In this document: piece after piece, positions 8,568 to 16,829 of the stretch
Position numbering within the stretch: position 1 is the stretch's first letter
Layout of the letters: each line of letters starts with the position of its first letter
NCBI GenBank assembly: GCA_043820165.1
Contig: JBDRDZ010000037.1
Coordinates: 1 to 38,020 of the forward strand
Direction: 5' to 3'
Origin: Patescibacteria group bacterium
Lineage (GTDB): Bacteria > Patescibacteriota > Patescibacteriia > UBA9934
DNA length: 38,020 nt
Notes under the pieces: model-generated
The model's input: the letters and a program-made list of their open reading frames with translations, nothing else
What the model was told of the DNA's origin: nothing
Databases searched by the model: none
Made by a program: the position numbers and the translations under genes

Positions 8568-9566
8568 ATGTTTTTACATCGACTTGGTAAAGCGCACGCC
8601 CCTGATTTTCCAAAGGGATTGAAATGGTTTAACAGCAAAGCACTAACACTCAAACAACTTTCAGGTAAACCAGTCTTGATCGATTTTTGGACCTACTCAT
8701 GCATTAACTGCCTACGTACGCAATTATATTTAAATGAATGGCAGAAAAAATATTCTGATAAAGGTTTGACGATTATCGGTGTACACACACCAGAGTTTGC
8801 TTTTGAAAAAGATCCAATTAATGTTGAACGAGCCATAAAGAAAAATAAGATTGACTATCCTGTTGTTCTCGATAGCGACTATCAGATTTGGAATCTATAC
8901 GTTAACCGCTGGTGGCCTCGCAAGTTTTTAATTGATCATCATGGCTCGATAATTTACGACCATGTTGGTGAAGGTGGCTATGCTGAAACTGAGGCTGCAA
9001 TTCAAAAATCACTACAAGCCATAGGGGTGACTGATTTACCATTAATCAAACCCGACGTTTCCATGGGTGGCGGTATTTGTTATCGCACCACGCCCGAAAC
9101 GTATCTTGGTTTTGTACGCGGTCGGTTTGGAAATGCAAATGATTTTATCCCTAACTCAGAGCAAATTTTTACTAACGAAGGTGATCATGTCGAGGGCATT
9201 GTCTATTTACATGGCCATTGGAAGATTAGCGGAGAATCAACGCAACATACAAAAAAAGTAGCGGGAGCTATTGAGTATCTGGCTTTGAAATATAGTGCTT
9301 TTTCTGTGAATCTGGTTATGGGAGCAATTGATGGTAAGTCTAGTAAAGTTATTTTAGAACTTGACGGTCAAAGGTTGCCTGAGGACATGATTGGTGATGA
9401 TGTGAAATTCGACAAAGACGGTCAATCCGTGGTAACTGTAAGCGAGCAAAGAATGTATCGACTGGTAGACGCAGACACTTATCACAGCGGGACATTAAAA
9501 ATTCGTACTGAATCAAATAACCTTGAGCTCTTTGCCTTCACTTTCGGCGGCTGTAAAGGAATGTAG
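8568..9566 (+). CDS. Thioredoxin-fold redoxin protein (DipZ C-terminal-type, CxxC) with C-terminal beta-sandwich domain
   Basis: The start at M12 of the listed ORF (ATG 8568) abuts the VIT stop. LSGKPVLIDFWTYSCINCLRTQLYL...GLTIIGVHTPEFAFEKD...YPVVLDSDYQIWNLYVNRWWPRKFLID matches the TlpA/DipZ-like thioredoxin pattern, with active site C-I-N-C. Confidence 0.75.
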   Translation: MFLHRLGKAHAPDFPKGLKWFNSKALTLKQLSGKPVLIDFWTYSCINCLRTQLYLNEWQKKYSDKGLTIIGVHTPEFAFEKDPINVERAIKKNKIDYPVVLDSDYQIWNLYVNRWWPRKFLIDHHGSIIYDHVGEGGYAETEAAIQKSLQAIGVTDLPLIKPDVSMGGGICYRTTPETYLGFVRGRFGNANDFIPNSEQIFTNEGDHVEGIVYLHGHWKISGESTQHTKKVAGAIEYLALKYSAFSVNLVMGAIDGKSSKVILELDGQRLPEDMIGDDVKFDKDGQSVVTVSEQRMYRLVDADTYHSGTLKIRTESNNLELFAFTFGGCKGM

Positions 9567-9659
9567 TCAAACTTACAAACAAAGCTGATGCTTGTAAGTT
9601 TGCGTACATTCAGATCCCCCCGATCGCACCTACCTAACTTCCCACCTTCTGGAGGCTGT

Positions 9660-10406
9660 ATGCTGGAAGATCTTTCTCTGATCGAGCTCGACGACGAGTT
9701 CTGGACGTTTTACGCACAGATCTACGATAAAGGTACGGCCACACTATTCGGCTATCGTCAGCTGCTCGAAATGGTCATAGGACGCCTGAGGCTCCAAGAA
9801 AGGTCTCGGGTGGTCGATGCCGGTTGCGGCACCTTCAACTACGGTCTGGCTGTTCTTGAGCGGGTTCCGAAGGCTTGGATCATTGGGCTGGAGAAGAACC
9901 CGGCCATGATTCGCGTCGCTCACGCTAAGCTCGGCAGTGGGCTGGAGAAGACCCATGTTCTTTGTCACGATCTCGATAAGGAGCCTTGGCCACGAATTGC
10001 CAAGAATGCGGATGTAATTCTCTCGGTCAACAGCCTTTACGCTCTGAATGACCCCGTTGACTTCTTGACCAGTGTTTTCGAAGCTCTTAACCCCGGTGGT
10101 CAGTTGCTCTTGGTCAACTTGAGCAATCCATCAACCAGGGCGGTTCTAGAAGCTCACGACAAGTGGCTGAGGACCGAGGCTAGTGAGTCCGAGAGGTTTG
10201 ACGACGCTAGTCTAGCTTGGGCTCGTGACATTATCGTCGTCATGAATCAGCATATCGCCCGTATCTCGGCTGGTAGTGCTTTGCATGTTCTAGCTCCAGA
10301 CGACCTTGCTCGTCTCGTCAAAAACGCTGGTCTCAAGATCAACGAACTGATACCCAGCGTTTACAACGGCACCTGTGTGCTGATCGACGCCGAAAAGCCA
10401 CAATAA
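9660..10406 (+). CDS. Class I SAM-dependent methyltransferase (GC-elevated gene)
   Basis: Preferred start is ATG 9660, preceded by GGAGG (9651..9655). Motif I VVDAGCGTFNYG, post-I IIGLE, motif II/III ADVILSVNSLYAL and LNPGGQLLL. Confidence 0.8.
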   Translation: MLEDLSLIELDDEFWTFYAQIYDKGTATLFGYRQLLEMVIGRLRLQERSRVVDAGCGTFNYGLAVLERVPKAWIIGLEKNPAMIRVAHAKLGSGLEKTHVLCHDLDKEPWPRIAKNADVILSVNSLYALNDPVDFLTSVFEALNPGGQLLLVNLSNPSTRAVLEAHDKWLRTEASESERFDDASLAWARDIIVVMNQHIARISAGSALHVLAPDDLARLVKNAGLKINELIPSVYNGTCVLIDAEKPQ

Positions 10407-10414
10407 GTCCTCAC

Positions 10415-10446
10415 CGCACCCCTCACCGGGTGCGGACATTTTTTTG
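10415..10446 (+). terminator. Intrinsic terminator after the methyltransferase gene
   Basis: ccgcaccc-tcacc-ggggtgcgg type 8-bp GC stem (10415..10435), followed by acattttttt. Confidence 0.75.
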
Positions 10447-10501
10447 TTTAATAAAAAATGGTATAATGCGCCACCGAAGACGTCCTTTCAACGAGGTAAC
10501 A

Positions 10502-11224
10502 ATGTATCCGATGACGACATGGCAAGTAGGCGGTCGTGTCCTTCGGGCCGGCCTCGTAACAACACAACGTGAACGCGAAGCGTGCTATCAACTGAGGTAT
10601 GAGGAATATCACGATCGTTTGGGACAGATCCCACCAAATTCCAGTGGACTCGACATTGACTGGTGCGATGCACACTCAACCCACATGATGGTCGTGCTTG
10701 AGGGCGAGAATAAATTGATTGGTACTTCTCGTAGTATTCCTTGCGACAAGGGCTATCTGCTGGCAGGGAAGTCTGACGAGGGGCCATGCCACTTCTCTGG
10801 GGAGCCATTCAGGTTTCCGTATAAACATCCACAAAATGGTCACTTGCTGCGACCTGAAGAAACTACTGAGATTTCTCGCTGGGTTGGCCGAGCTTTACCG
10901 CTTGGCAATGGAGATTTGGCGCTGGTTTCGATGTTGCTCTTGGAAGCTACGCTGCAGTACTCTCGTAATGCTGGTGTCAAACACTGGGTTTGTGCCATCA
11001 CCGATCGCCCATGGCGCAATGCTTGTGCTGACGGCTGGGGTTTCATTGAGCTCATCCGTCGACCCGATGGTAAAGCACATCCCTATGTCAAGGCTGATGG
11101 TCAGGTCATCCCAGACGCTGAAGTTCGTGTTTGCCTTTTGCCGATTCCTGATCGGCCAGAGAAAGATTATCTATGTCGACGAGTCATCGAGACTAATCGA
11201 TCAACACTCAAGAGGGCCGGGTGA
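10502..11224 (+). CDS. GNAT-fold N-acyltransferase of the LuxI/FeeM/OlsB-like (N-acyl amino acid synthase) type
   Basis: Preferred start is ATG 10502, with GAGG at 10493 and a TGgTATAAT extended -10 at 10459..10467. LRAGLVTTQREREACYQLRYEEYHDRLGQIPPNSSGLDIDWCDAHSTHMMVVLEGENKLIGTSRSIP fits the remembered signature (..a..lRy.vy...lg.......g.e.D.yD..s.H.lv......iGt.R..). A later EISRWV motif is also present. Family call from memory, not searched. Confidence 0.5.
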   Translation: MYPMTTWQVGGRVLRAGLVTTQREREACYQLRYEEYHDRLGQIPPNSSGLDIDWCDAHSTHMMVVLEGENKLIGTSRSIPCDKGYLLAGKSDEGPCHFSGEPFRFPYKHPQNGHLLRPEETTEISRWVGRALPLGNGDLALVSMLLLEATLQYSRNAGVKHWVCAITDRPWRNACADGWGFIELIRRPDGKAHPYVKADGQVIPDAEVRVCLLPIPDRPEKDYLCRRVIETNRSTLKRAG

Positions 11225-11279
11225 GTCCTCTTCTTTTTTTATGGTATACTTTATTGAGAATTAATTGAGAGTAGGAGGT

Positions 11280-13421
11280 ATGCAAACCGTAATTGTCCTG
11301 TTGGACTTATTTACTTTTTTAGTAGGGCTCAGCCTCGGGCTCTATGTTTTTTCACGCAATCCAAAAAGCCGCATTTTCCAGATGTTCATTGTGGCTACTC
11401 TAGGAATGGTTGGTTGGAATTTAACCATTTTTTTGTTGCTGGCTCATATTGGACCAACCTTAATCATTGGTAAACTTTCTTTTTCTTTGGCAACGCTAAT
11501 GATGACCGGTTTTGCGTGGTTCATTTTTATTTTTCCGACCAAGATGCGGGGATGGAAGACGTTCAGTGTTATCTTTGCACTTCTCGGAATCGTTTTTTTT
11601 GCCGTGCCACTCACTCCGTGGTTTGTTACGACAGTTACAGTGGAAAACGGCTTTATCATCGGGGATCTCCATCCGATTATTTTTCCAATCTGGTTTTTTT
11701 CATACGTGATTTCACTATTGGTTGTCTTTTTCTTTTTAGTTGGGCGTACAACCAAGGCGGTTGGAGTAGACAAGTATAGGCTCCGACAGATTTTATTAGG
11801 ATTTTCTTTGTTTCTTTTTCCGATGCTGGTGACAAATTCGTTCTTGCCGATGTTTTTTCAAGATTTTCGATTTAATAACTTAGGACCAGCTTTCTCGATT
11901 TTACTTTTTATCTTCTTAGCTAATGCAATTTTGAGCTATCGACTTTTGGATATCCGTTGGGTATTTGGAAAAAGTATCATCTTTACAATTTTAACAGTTC
12001 TGGTGCTGTGGTTTGTCACCACGATTTATCTCTTTGTTTCTGGATTGTTGACAGACACCTACACATTCTTGGTGACAGCACTTTTGATTTCGATTTCGTT
12101 TGAACCTTTATTTCATTTTCTTGATAAATCAGTTTCAAGGTTAATCAACCTGGGTCGTTATGATGCAAAAAAGGTCACCAATGAAATTTTTGACATTGTT
12201 CGTATGGAGGGAGACTTGTCTCAACTCATGACAAAAATCAATAGTAGTCTTGAAGAATGTCTAGCAGCCACAAAAATTGGTGTCGTCATTTTAAAAACCG
12301 ATACAAACAAAATTGTAGATTCAAATATTAAGGGCTACTCTCAAACGATTTTAAAAAAAGTTGCGGTTTTAGCTACAATTGCTAAGGAAAGAAAGTTTAG
12401 TATCATCGAAGTTGGCGAATTGAAGTGGCAAGGTAGCTTTCATGCCGATCACAAACAGCAAAAAATCGACACCAAACACATGGCTCAACTTAATGAAGTC
12501 GGTGTTGAGGTGGTTATTCCACTTGAAGTCGAGAAACGTTTGGTTGGCTTGATTTTTCTCAATCGAAACCATGTTTCTAAAATTTTGCGCAGTCGCGACA
12601 TTACCTTCTTAGAATTAATTCGTTCAGGTGTTTCGCCAGCGTTTGAAAATGCAGCAAAATTTGAAGAAATAAAGGGTCTATACATGGAGCTGTCACAGCT
12701 CGATAAAGTTAAGTCAGAATTCATTCACGTTGTTTCGCATCGGTTCAGAACACCACTTTCAGCTATTCGCTGGAATTTGGAAAATGCGCTTGAGACTAGT
12801 TCTAAACTTGATCAAGAGACTAAATTAGCCATAAAGGACAGTCACGATCGAACTATTTTTCTTGTTAAAACGCTTAATCGACTTTTTGATACTCTGGCAA
12901 TTGAAAGCGGTAAATTTAAAGTTGAGCTGGCGTCGTTTGGGGCCAGAAAAGCTTTTGCTGAATTGATTGATCGTTTTGCAAAGATGGCTCGGGAGCATAA
13001 ACTAAAGTTTGATGTATCGATTTCGCCAGTCAGTATTATGGGCGATGAAGGGCGTATCGTTGAGGTCTGCGATCATTTACTTTCTAACGCGGTTCAGTAT
13101 AACTCTGAGAGAGGACGAGTATCATTTAGCGTGAAGCGAACCAATGATCATGTTGAGATTCGTGTTTCTGACTCAGGGATTGGCATTCCAAGTAACGAGA
13201 TCGACAAAATTTACGACAAGTTTTTTAGGTGTCGGAATGCCGTGTTGGCGTATGCAGACGGAGCTGGTATTAGTCTTTACATCGCTAGACATATTGTCAA
13301 GCTGCATAAAGGTGACATGACGGTAGAATCGGAAGTCAAGAAAGGTACAACGGTCACGGTCAAACTGCCGGTGCCTTCAGCAAATAAACACCGATCAAGG
13401 AAGGCGGCGAAAAACAAGTAG
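11280..13421 (+). CDS. Sensor histidine kinase with N-terminal 7TM sensor region (orphan, no response regulator nearby)
   Basis: Preferred start is ATG 11280 after AGGAGG. About 7-8 TM helices (HisKA_7TM-like). Central GAF-like region. H-box FIHVVSHRFRTPLSAI, N-box LLSNAVQYN, G1 SDSGIGIP, G2 GAGISLYIARHIV. Confidence 0.88.
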   Translation: MQTVIVLLDLFTFLVGLSLGLYVFSRNPKSRIFQMFIVATLGMVGWNLTIFLLLAHIGPTLIIGKLSFSLATLMMTGFAWFIFIFPTKMRGWKTFSVIFALLGIVFFAVPLTPWFVTTVTVENGFIIGDLHPIIFPIWFFSYVISLLVVFFFLVGRTTKAVGVDKYRLRQILLGFSLFLFPMLVTNSFLPMFFQDFRFNNLGPAFSILLFIFLANAILSYRLLDIRWVFGKSIIFTILTVLVLWFVTTIYLFVSGLLTDTYTFLVTALLISISFEPLFHFLDKSVSRLINLGRYDAKKVTNEIFDIVRMEGDLSQLMTKINSSLEECLAATKIGVVILKTDTNKIVDSNIKGYSQTILKKVAVLATIAKERKFSIIEVGELKWQGSFHADHKQQKIDTKHMAQLNEVGVEVVIPLEVEKRLVGLIFLNRNHVSKILRSRDITFLELIRSGVSPAFENAAKFEEIKGLYMELSQLDKVKSEFIHVVSHRFRTPLSAIRWNLENALETSSKLDQETKLAIKDSHDRTIFLVKTLNRLFDTLAIESGKFKVELASFGARKAFAELIDRFAKMAREHKLKFDVSISPVSIMGDEGRIVEVCDHLLSNAVQYNSERGRVSFSVKRTNDHVEIRVSDSGIGIPSNEIDKIYDKFFRCRNAVLAYADGAGISLYIARHIVKLHKGDMTVESEVKKGTTVTVKLPVPSANKHRSRKAAKNK

Positions 13422-13430
13422 CAAAACCAA

Positions 13431-13464
13431 CAGCCTGGTGCTTTGACACCACGGCTGTTTTTTT
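13431..13464 (+). terminator. Intrinsic terminator after the histidine kinase gene
   Basis: cagcctggtg...caccacggctg stem (one bulge), followed by ttttttt. Overlaps the nifS promoter. Confidence 0.65.
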
Positions 13465-13471
13465 CTAGAAT
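13443..13471 (+). promoter_or_regulatory. Sigma70-like promoter of the Fe-S operon
   Basis: TTGACA (13443..13448), 17 nt, TAGAAT (13466..13471). ATG at 13480. Confidence 0.55.
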
Positions 13472-13479
13472 ACACTCCT

Positions 13480-14691
13480 ATGGGAAAACATCAGATATAT
13501 CTAGACCATGCCGCAACAACGCCGATTGATCCACGCGTTCAAGTAGCAATGATGCCGTATATTGAAAAGGATTTTGGCAATCCCTCTAGTTTTCACTCGG
13601 CTGGAAAAATTGTTAAGGATGCACTTGATTCGGCTCGTGAAGCCATCGCCCAGTCTATCGGAGCAAATTCCAATGAGCTGATTTTTACTTCCGGTGGCAC
13701 TGAAGCAAATAACTTAGCCCTGCTCGGTTTAGCAAGAGCCTGCAAAAAATATGGCAAGCATATTGTTACTGTCAAAACCGAACATGAATCAGTATTAGAG
13801 CCTCTGGAACATTTAGCCAAGAAAGAAGGTTTTGAGGTAACTTATTTAGATGTTAATGAGTATGGTCAACTTGATCCAAAAGCAGTTTTGGCAGCGATTC
13901 GACCAGAGACGATCTTGGTTTCCATCATGCTGGCAAACAACGAGATCGGTACGATCGCTCCGATTGGCAAAATCGGCGGCATGATTCGACGCGATCGCGG
14001 TAAGCGACAGAGCGACTATCCGATTTTTCACACTGACGCTTGCCAAGCTTTGGGTGCACTAGAAGTTGACGTACAGAAATTAAACGTTGACATGATGACG
14101 ATCAACTCCTCGAAGATTTATGGACCAAAGGGAGTGGGTGCGTTATATGTTAAACGTGGCTTGAAGCTCGAGCCGATACTTTTTGGCGGGGCGCAGCAAC
14201 ACCGCGTACGCCCAGGTACGGAAAACGTGATCGGTATCATTGGTTTTGCCAAAGCTGTTGAGTTGGCTATTATGGAAAGAACAAAATATGTGGCTCATGT
14301 TGAGCCATTACGGGACGATCTTGAATCACGTCTACTTAAAACTGTTGCTAAAACTCGGCGTAACGGTGATCCAAAGAATCGCCTACCCAACATCTCCAAT
14401 ATTTCCTTCATGGACGTTGAAGGCGAGGCGTTGCTGCTCTATCTTGATGCTCAGGGAGTTTACGCTGCCACTGGCTCGGCCTGTACTAGTGCTAGCTTGG
14501 AGCCAAGCCATGTCATTTTAGCTACTGGTTTACCATATGAAGTGGCTCATGGTAGCATTAGATTTAGCCTAGGGCGGGACACTAAATCCAAGGATATCGA
14601 TTACGTTCTCGAAGTATTACCAGCGCTTGTTGCTAAACTGCGGCAGATTAGCTCGGTTAGTGTTGACGAGAAGTATTATAAAAATTCATGA
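13480..14691 (+). CDS. nifS: Cysteine desulfurase (NifS/IscS class I, PLP-dependent)
   Basis: 403 aa. IYLDHAATTP N-terminus, TSGGTEANN, HTDACQA, PLP-lysine motif INSSKIYGPKGVGALYV, active-site loop ATGSACTS. Confidence 0.93.
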   Translation: MGKHQIYLDHAATTPIDPRVQVAMMPYIEKDFGNPSSFHSAGKIVKDALDSAREAIAQSIGANSNELIFTSGGTEANNLALLGLARACKKYGKHIVTVKTEHESVLEPLEHLAKKEGFEVTYLDVNEYGQLDPKAVLAAIRPETILVSIMLANNEIGTIAPIGKIGGMIRRDRGKRQSDYPIFHTDACQALGALEVDVQKLNVDMMTINSSKIYGPKGVGALYVKRGLKLEPILFGGAQQHRVRPGTENVIGIIGFAKAVELAIMERTKYVAHVEPLRDDLESRLLKTVAKTRRNGDPKNRLPNISNISFMDVEGEALLLYLDAQGVYAATGSACTSASLEPSHVILATGLPYEVAHGSIRFSLGRDTKSKDIDYVLEVLPALVAKLRQISSVSVDEKYYKNS

Positions 14692-15362
14692 GTAATCATC
14701 AATCAAAATCAATTAAAGGTAGTGGCGGCGATATTGTTAGTCACGATAAAAAACAATCTTGGTTTTATTCTGACGAAGTTAAAGACCATTTTTTCAAGCC
14801 GCGAAATTTTTTGGACGGCGAGATCAAAGAAGGTGATTTTAACGCCATGGGTAAAGTTGGCTCACCGGCCTGCGGCGATGAGTTGCGGGTTTGGCTATTG
14901 GTTGATGCAAAGACCGAACGCATTAAAAAGTTTAAATGGAAGACATTCGGTTGCGGCTCAGCTATCGCTTCGACTTCAATAACTTCGGTAATGGTTACCG
15001 AAGGTAAAGGGATGACGCTTCAGGAGGCCCGGAACATTAAGCCGCAGGATATTATGGCTCGCCTTGGTGGATTGCCACCGCGTAAGTTCCATTGTAGCGT
15101 GCTCTGCGACAAAGCTTTGCGCGACGCAATCAATGATTATTATCGTCGCAGTGAACAATTTGATAAAATTGAGGTAGAGGCAGCACACTTAATCGATCCA
15201 GTAGCAAAAGTCACTGATCAGGACATCGAAGAAGCTGTGCTCGAAGGCGCTATCACGCTTGACGAAGTTCAGGAGAAGACTAAAGTAGGCATAGGGAATC
15301 CCGGAGTTCTACCGGCAGTTGAACAACTCATTCGTTTTTATCGAGAAAAATATTTTGGTTAA
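14688..15362 (+). CDS. nifU: NifU/IscU-type Fe-S scaffold with a Cys-less BFD-like C-terminal extension
   Basis: ATGA overlap with nifS. Three scaffold cysteines in GSPACGDEL, FGCGSAIASTS, FHCSVL. The C-terminal 60 aa (VTDQDIEEAVLEGAITLDEVQEKTKVGIGNPGVLPAVEQLI) looks like a BFD/NifU-central domain but has no cysteines. Confidence 0.88.
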   Translation: MSNHQSKSIKGSGGDIVSHDKKQSWFYSDEVKDHFFKPRNFLDGEIKEGDFNAMGKVGSPACGDELRVWLLVDAKTERIKKFKWKTFGCGSAIASTSITSVMVTEGKGMTLQEARNIKPQDIMARLGGLPPRKFHCSVLCDKALRDAINDYYRRSEQFDKIEVEAAHLIDPVAKVTDQDIEEAVLEGAITLDEVQEKTKVGIGNPGVLPAVEQLIRFYREKYFG

Positions 15363-15363
15363 T

Positions 15364-15630
15364 ATGAAAATTACTATCAAAGTTGATCCTGATCTTTGTA
15401 TCGGGGCTGCAAGTTGCGTCACCGTCGACTCCAACACATTTGAACTCAACGACGAAAATAAGGCCGAGGTCCTCGACCATGGCCAGGCACCAAACCAACC
15501 AACATACGAACGCACCATCGAAGTAACAGAAGAAGAAAAGGAGAATATTATTTTGGCTGCTCAATCATGTCCGACATTAGCTGTTTTTGTTTATGACGAG
15601 GACGGTAAACAACTGTTTCCAGAAGTATGA
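15364..15630 (+). CDS. Small ferredoxin, probably single [3Fe-4S]/[4Fe-4S] cluster type
   Basis: Start at M16 of the listed ORF (ATG 15364), 2 nt after the nifU stop. CIGAASC...SCP cysteine pattern (Cx2Ax2C...CP). Confidence 0.75.
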   Translation: MKITIKVDPDLCIGAASCVTVDSNTFELNDENKAEVLDHGQAPNQPTYERTIEVTEEEKENIILAAQSCPTLAVFVYDEDGKQLFPEV

Positions 15631-16805
15631 AGCAGTACTTGATCATCGGTGGCGGCATTGCTGGCACTACAGCAGCAGAAGACATTCGAAAGCGTGATCC
15701 AGAAGGGGAAATAACGATTATTGATGCTGAGCAGCATCCGTGTTATTCACGGGTGCTGTTATCGCATTACGCCAAAGGTAAAATCGAACGTGAGCGACTT
15801 TTTTTAAAAAAATTAAACTGGTATCAAGAACACAATATTGAGCTGATGAGTGGCGTTACAGCTATCAAGATTGATCCTCAGAATAAATTCGTTCATACCA
15901 ACGAGGAACGAGAACTACCCTACGATAAATTATTGATCACCACCGGCGGTGAGGTGACTTTACTACCGCAGGACATGCGCGGTATCTCATATTTGCGGAC
16001 ACTCGATGATACTGATCATCTCTGTCAGCTTATTAAAGAGCAAAAAAATTTGCCAGAAGGTGAACAACAGACAGTCGTCTTGGGTGGCGGGTTTATTGCT
16101 TTGGAGTATGTCAATATTTTTGCCGCTCACGGCATTCTGCCAATAGTGGTCATGCGGTCCGGTGGTTTTTGGTCACGCACTTTGTCTGAACATTCGCAAA
16201 AAGTATTATTAGATCACGCTCAGCAAAGCGGACTCAAAGTTATAGCAAATACACCGCATAACGAGATCTTGGGAGACACGGAATTCATCGGGCTTAAATT
16301 AATGAATGATCAGGAAGTACGGGGGCAGATTTTAGGTGTTGGTATTGGGTTACACTTTGATATCTCAATTATAAAAGATGCTGGCATCAAAGTTGGTAGT
16401 GGGGTACTGGCTAATGAGTATTTAGAAACTAACTTACCAGATATTTACACAGCTGGTGATATTGCAGAATATAATGACGTGATCCTTGGTCGAACGATTC
16501 AGGCTGGTAATTGGATGAGCGCATTGATGCAGGCACGCGCCGTGGCTAAGACCATGACTGGGGAACGTACACGTTTTGAGCTAGTTTCATCTTATTCAAT
16601 TGATTTGCTTGGGCTTGAAATTGTCTTTGTTGGGGATACATCACGTCAGTCAGCAGATTCAGTTATTCAACATGTTAGCGAGGAAAACCGGTCCGTTGAA
16701 CTCTTTATTCGGGATAATTGTTTAGTTGGCGCCATCATGATTGGCGATGTCACTGAACGTCAAAAGATTACAGATGCCATAAAAGCTAAAAAGATGTTAG
16801 AATAG
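15627..16805 (+). CDS. FAD/NAD(P)-dependent pyridine nucleotide-disulfide oxidoreductase (ferredoxin-reductase-like)
   Basis: ATGA overlap with the ferredoxin gene. FAD GxGxxG IIGGGIAGTTAAE, NAD(P) VVLGGGFIALE, TAGDIAE motif. Confidence 0.85.
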   Translation: MKQYLIIGGGIAGTTAAEDIRKRDPEGEITIIDAEQHPCYSRVLLSHYAKGKIERERLFLKKLNWYQEHNIELMSGVTAIKIDPQNKFVHTNEERELPYDKLLITTGGEVTLLPQDMRGISYLRTLDDTDHLCQLIKEQKNLPEGEQQTVVLGGGFIALEYVNIFAAHGILPIVVMRSGGFWSRTLSEHSQKVLLDHAQQSGLKVIANTPHNEILGDTEFIGLKLMNDQEVRGQILGVGIGLHFDISIIKDAGIKVGSGVLANEYLETNLPDIYTAGDIAEYNDVILGRTIQAGNWMSALMQARAVAKTMTGERTRFELVSSYSIDLLGLEIVFVGDTSRQSADSVIQHVSEENRSVELFIRDNCLVGAIMIGDVTERQKITDAIKAKKMLE

Positions 16806-16829
16806 GAGAACCAATTTTCAAAGAATTTT

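Noticed and set aside
10502-11224. Calling the acyltransferase a bona fide LuxI acyl-homoserine-lactone synthase
   Set aside because: Only the general N-terminal signature shared by LuxI-like, FeeM and OlsB-type GNAT enzymes is visible. No LuxR partner is present, and specific LuxI residues cannot be verified by eye. The call is kept at superfamily level.
10448-11264. Alternative-frame ORFs over the acyltransferase gene (10488..10808, 10719..11264, 10840..11055 and others)
   Set aside because: Same GC-driven artefact. Only the 10502..11224 frame has a promoter, an SD and a recognisable domain signature.
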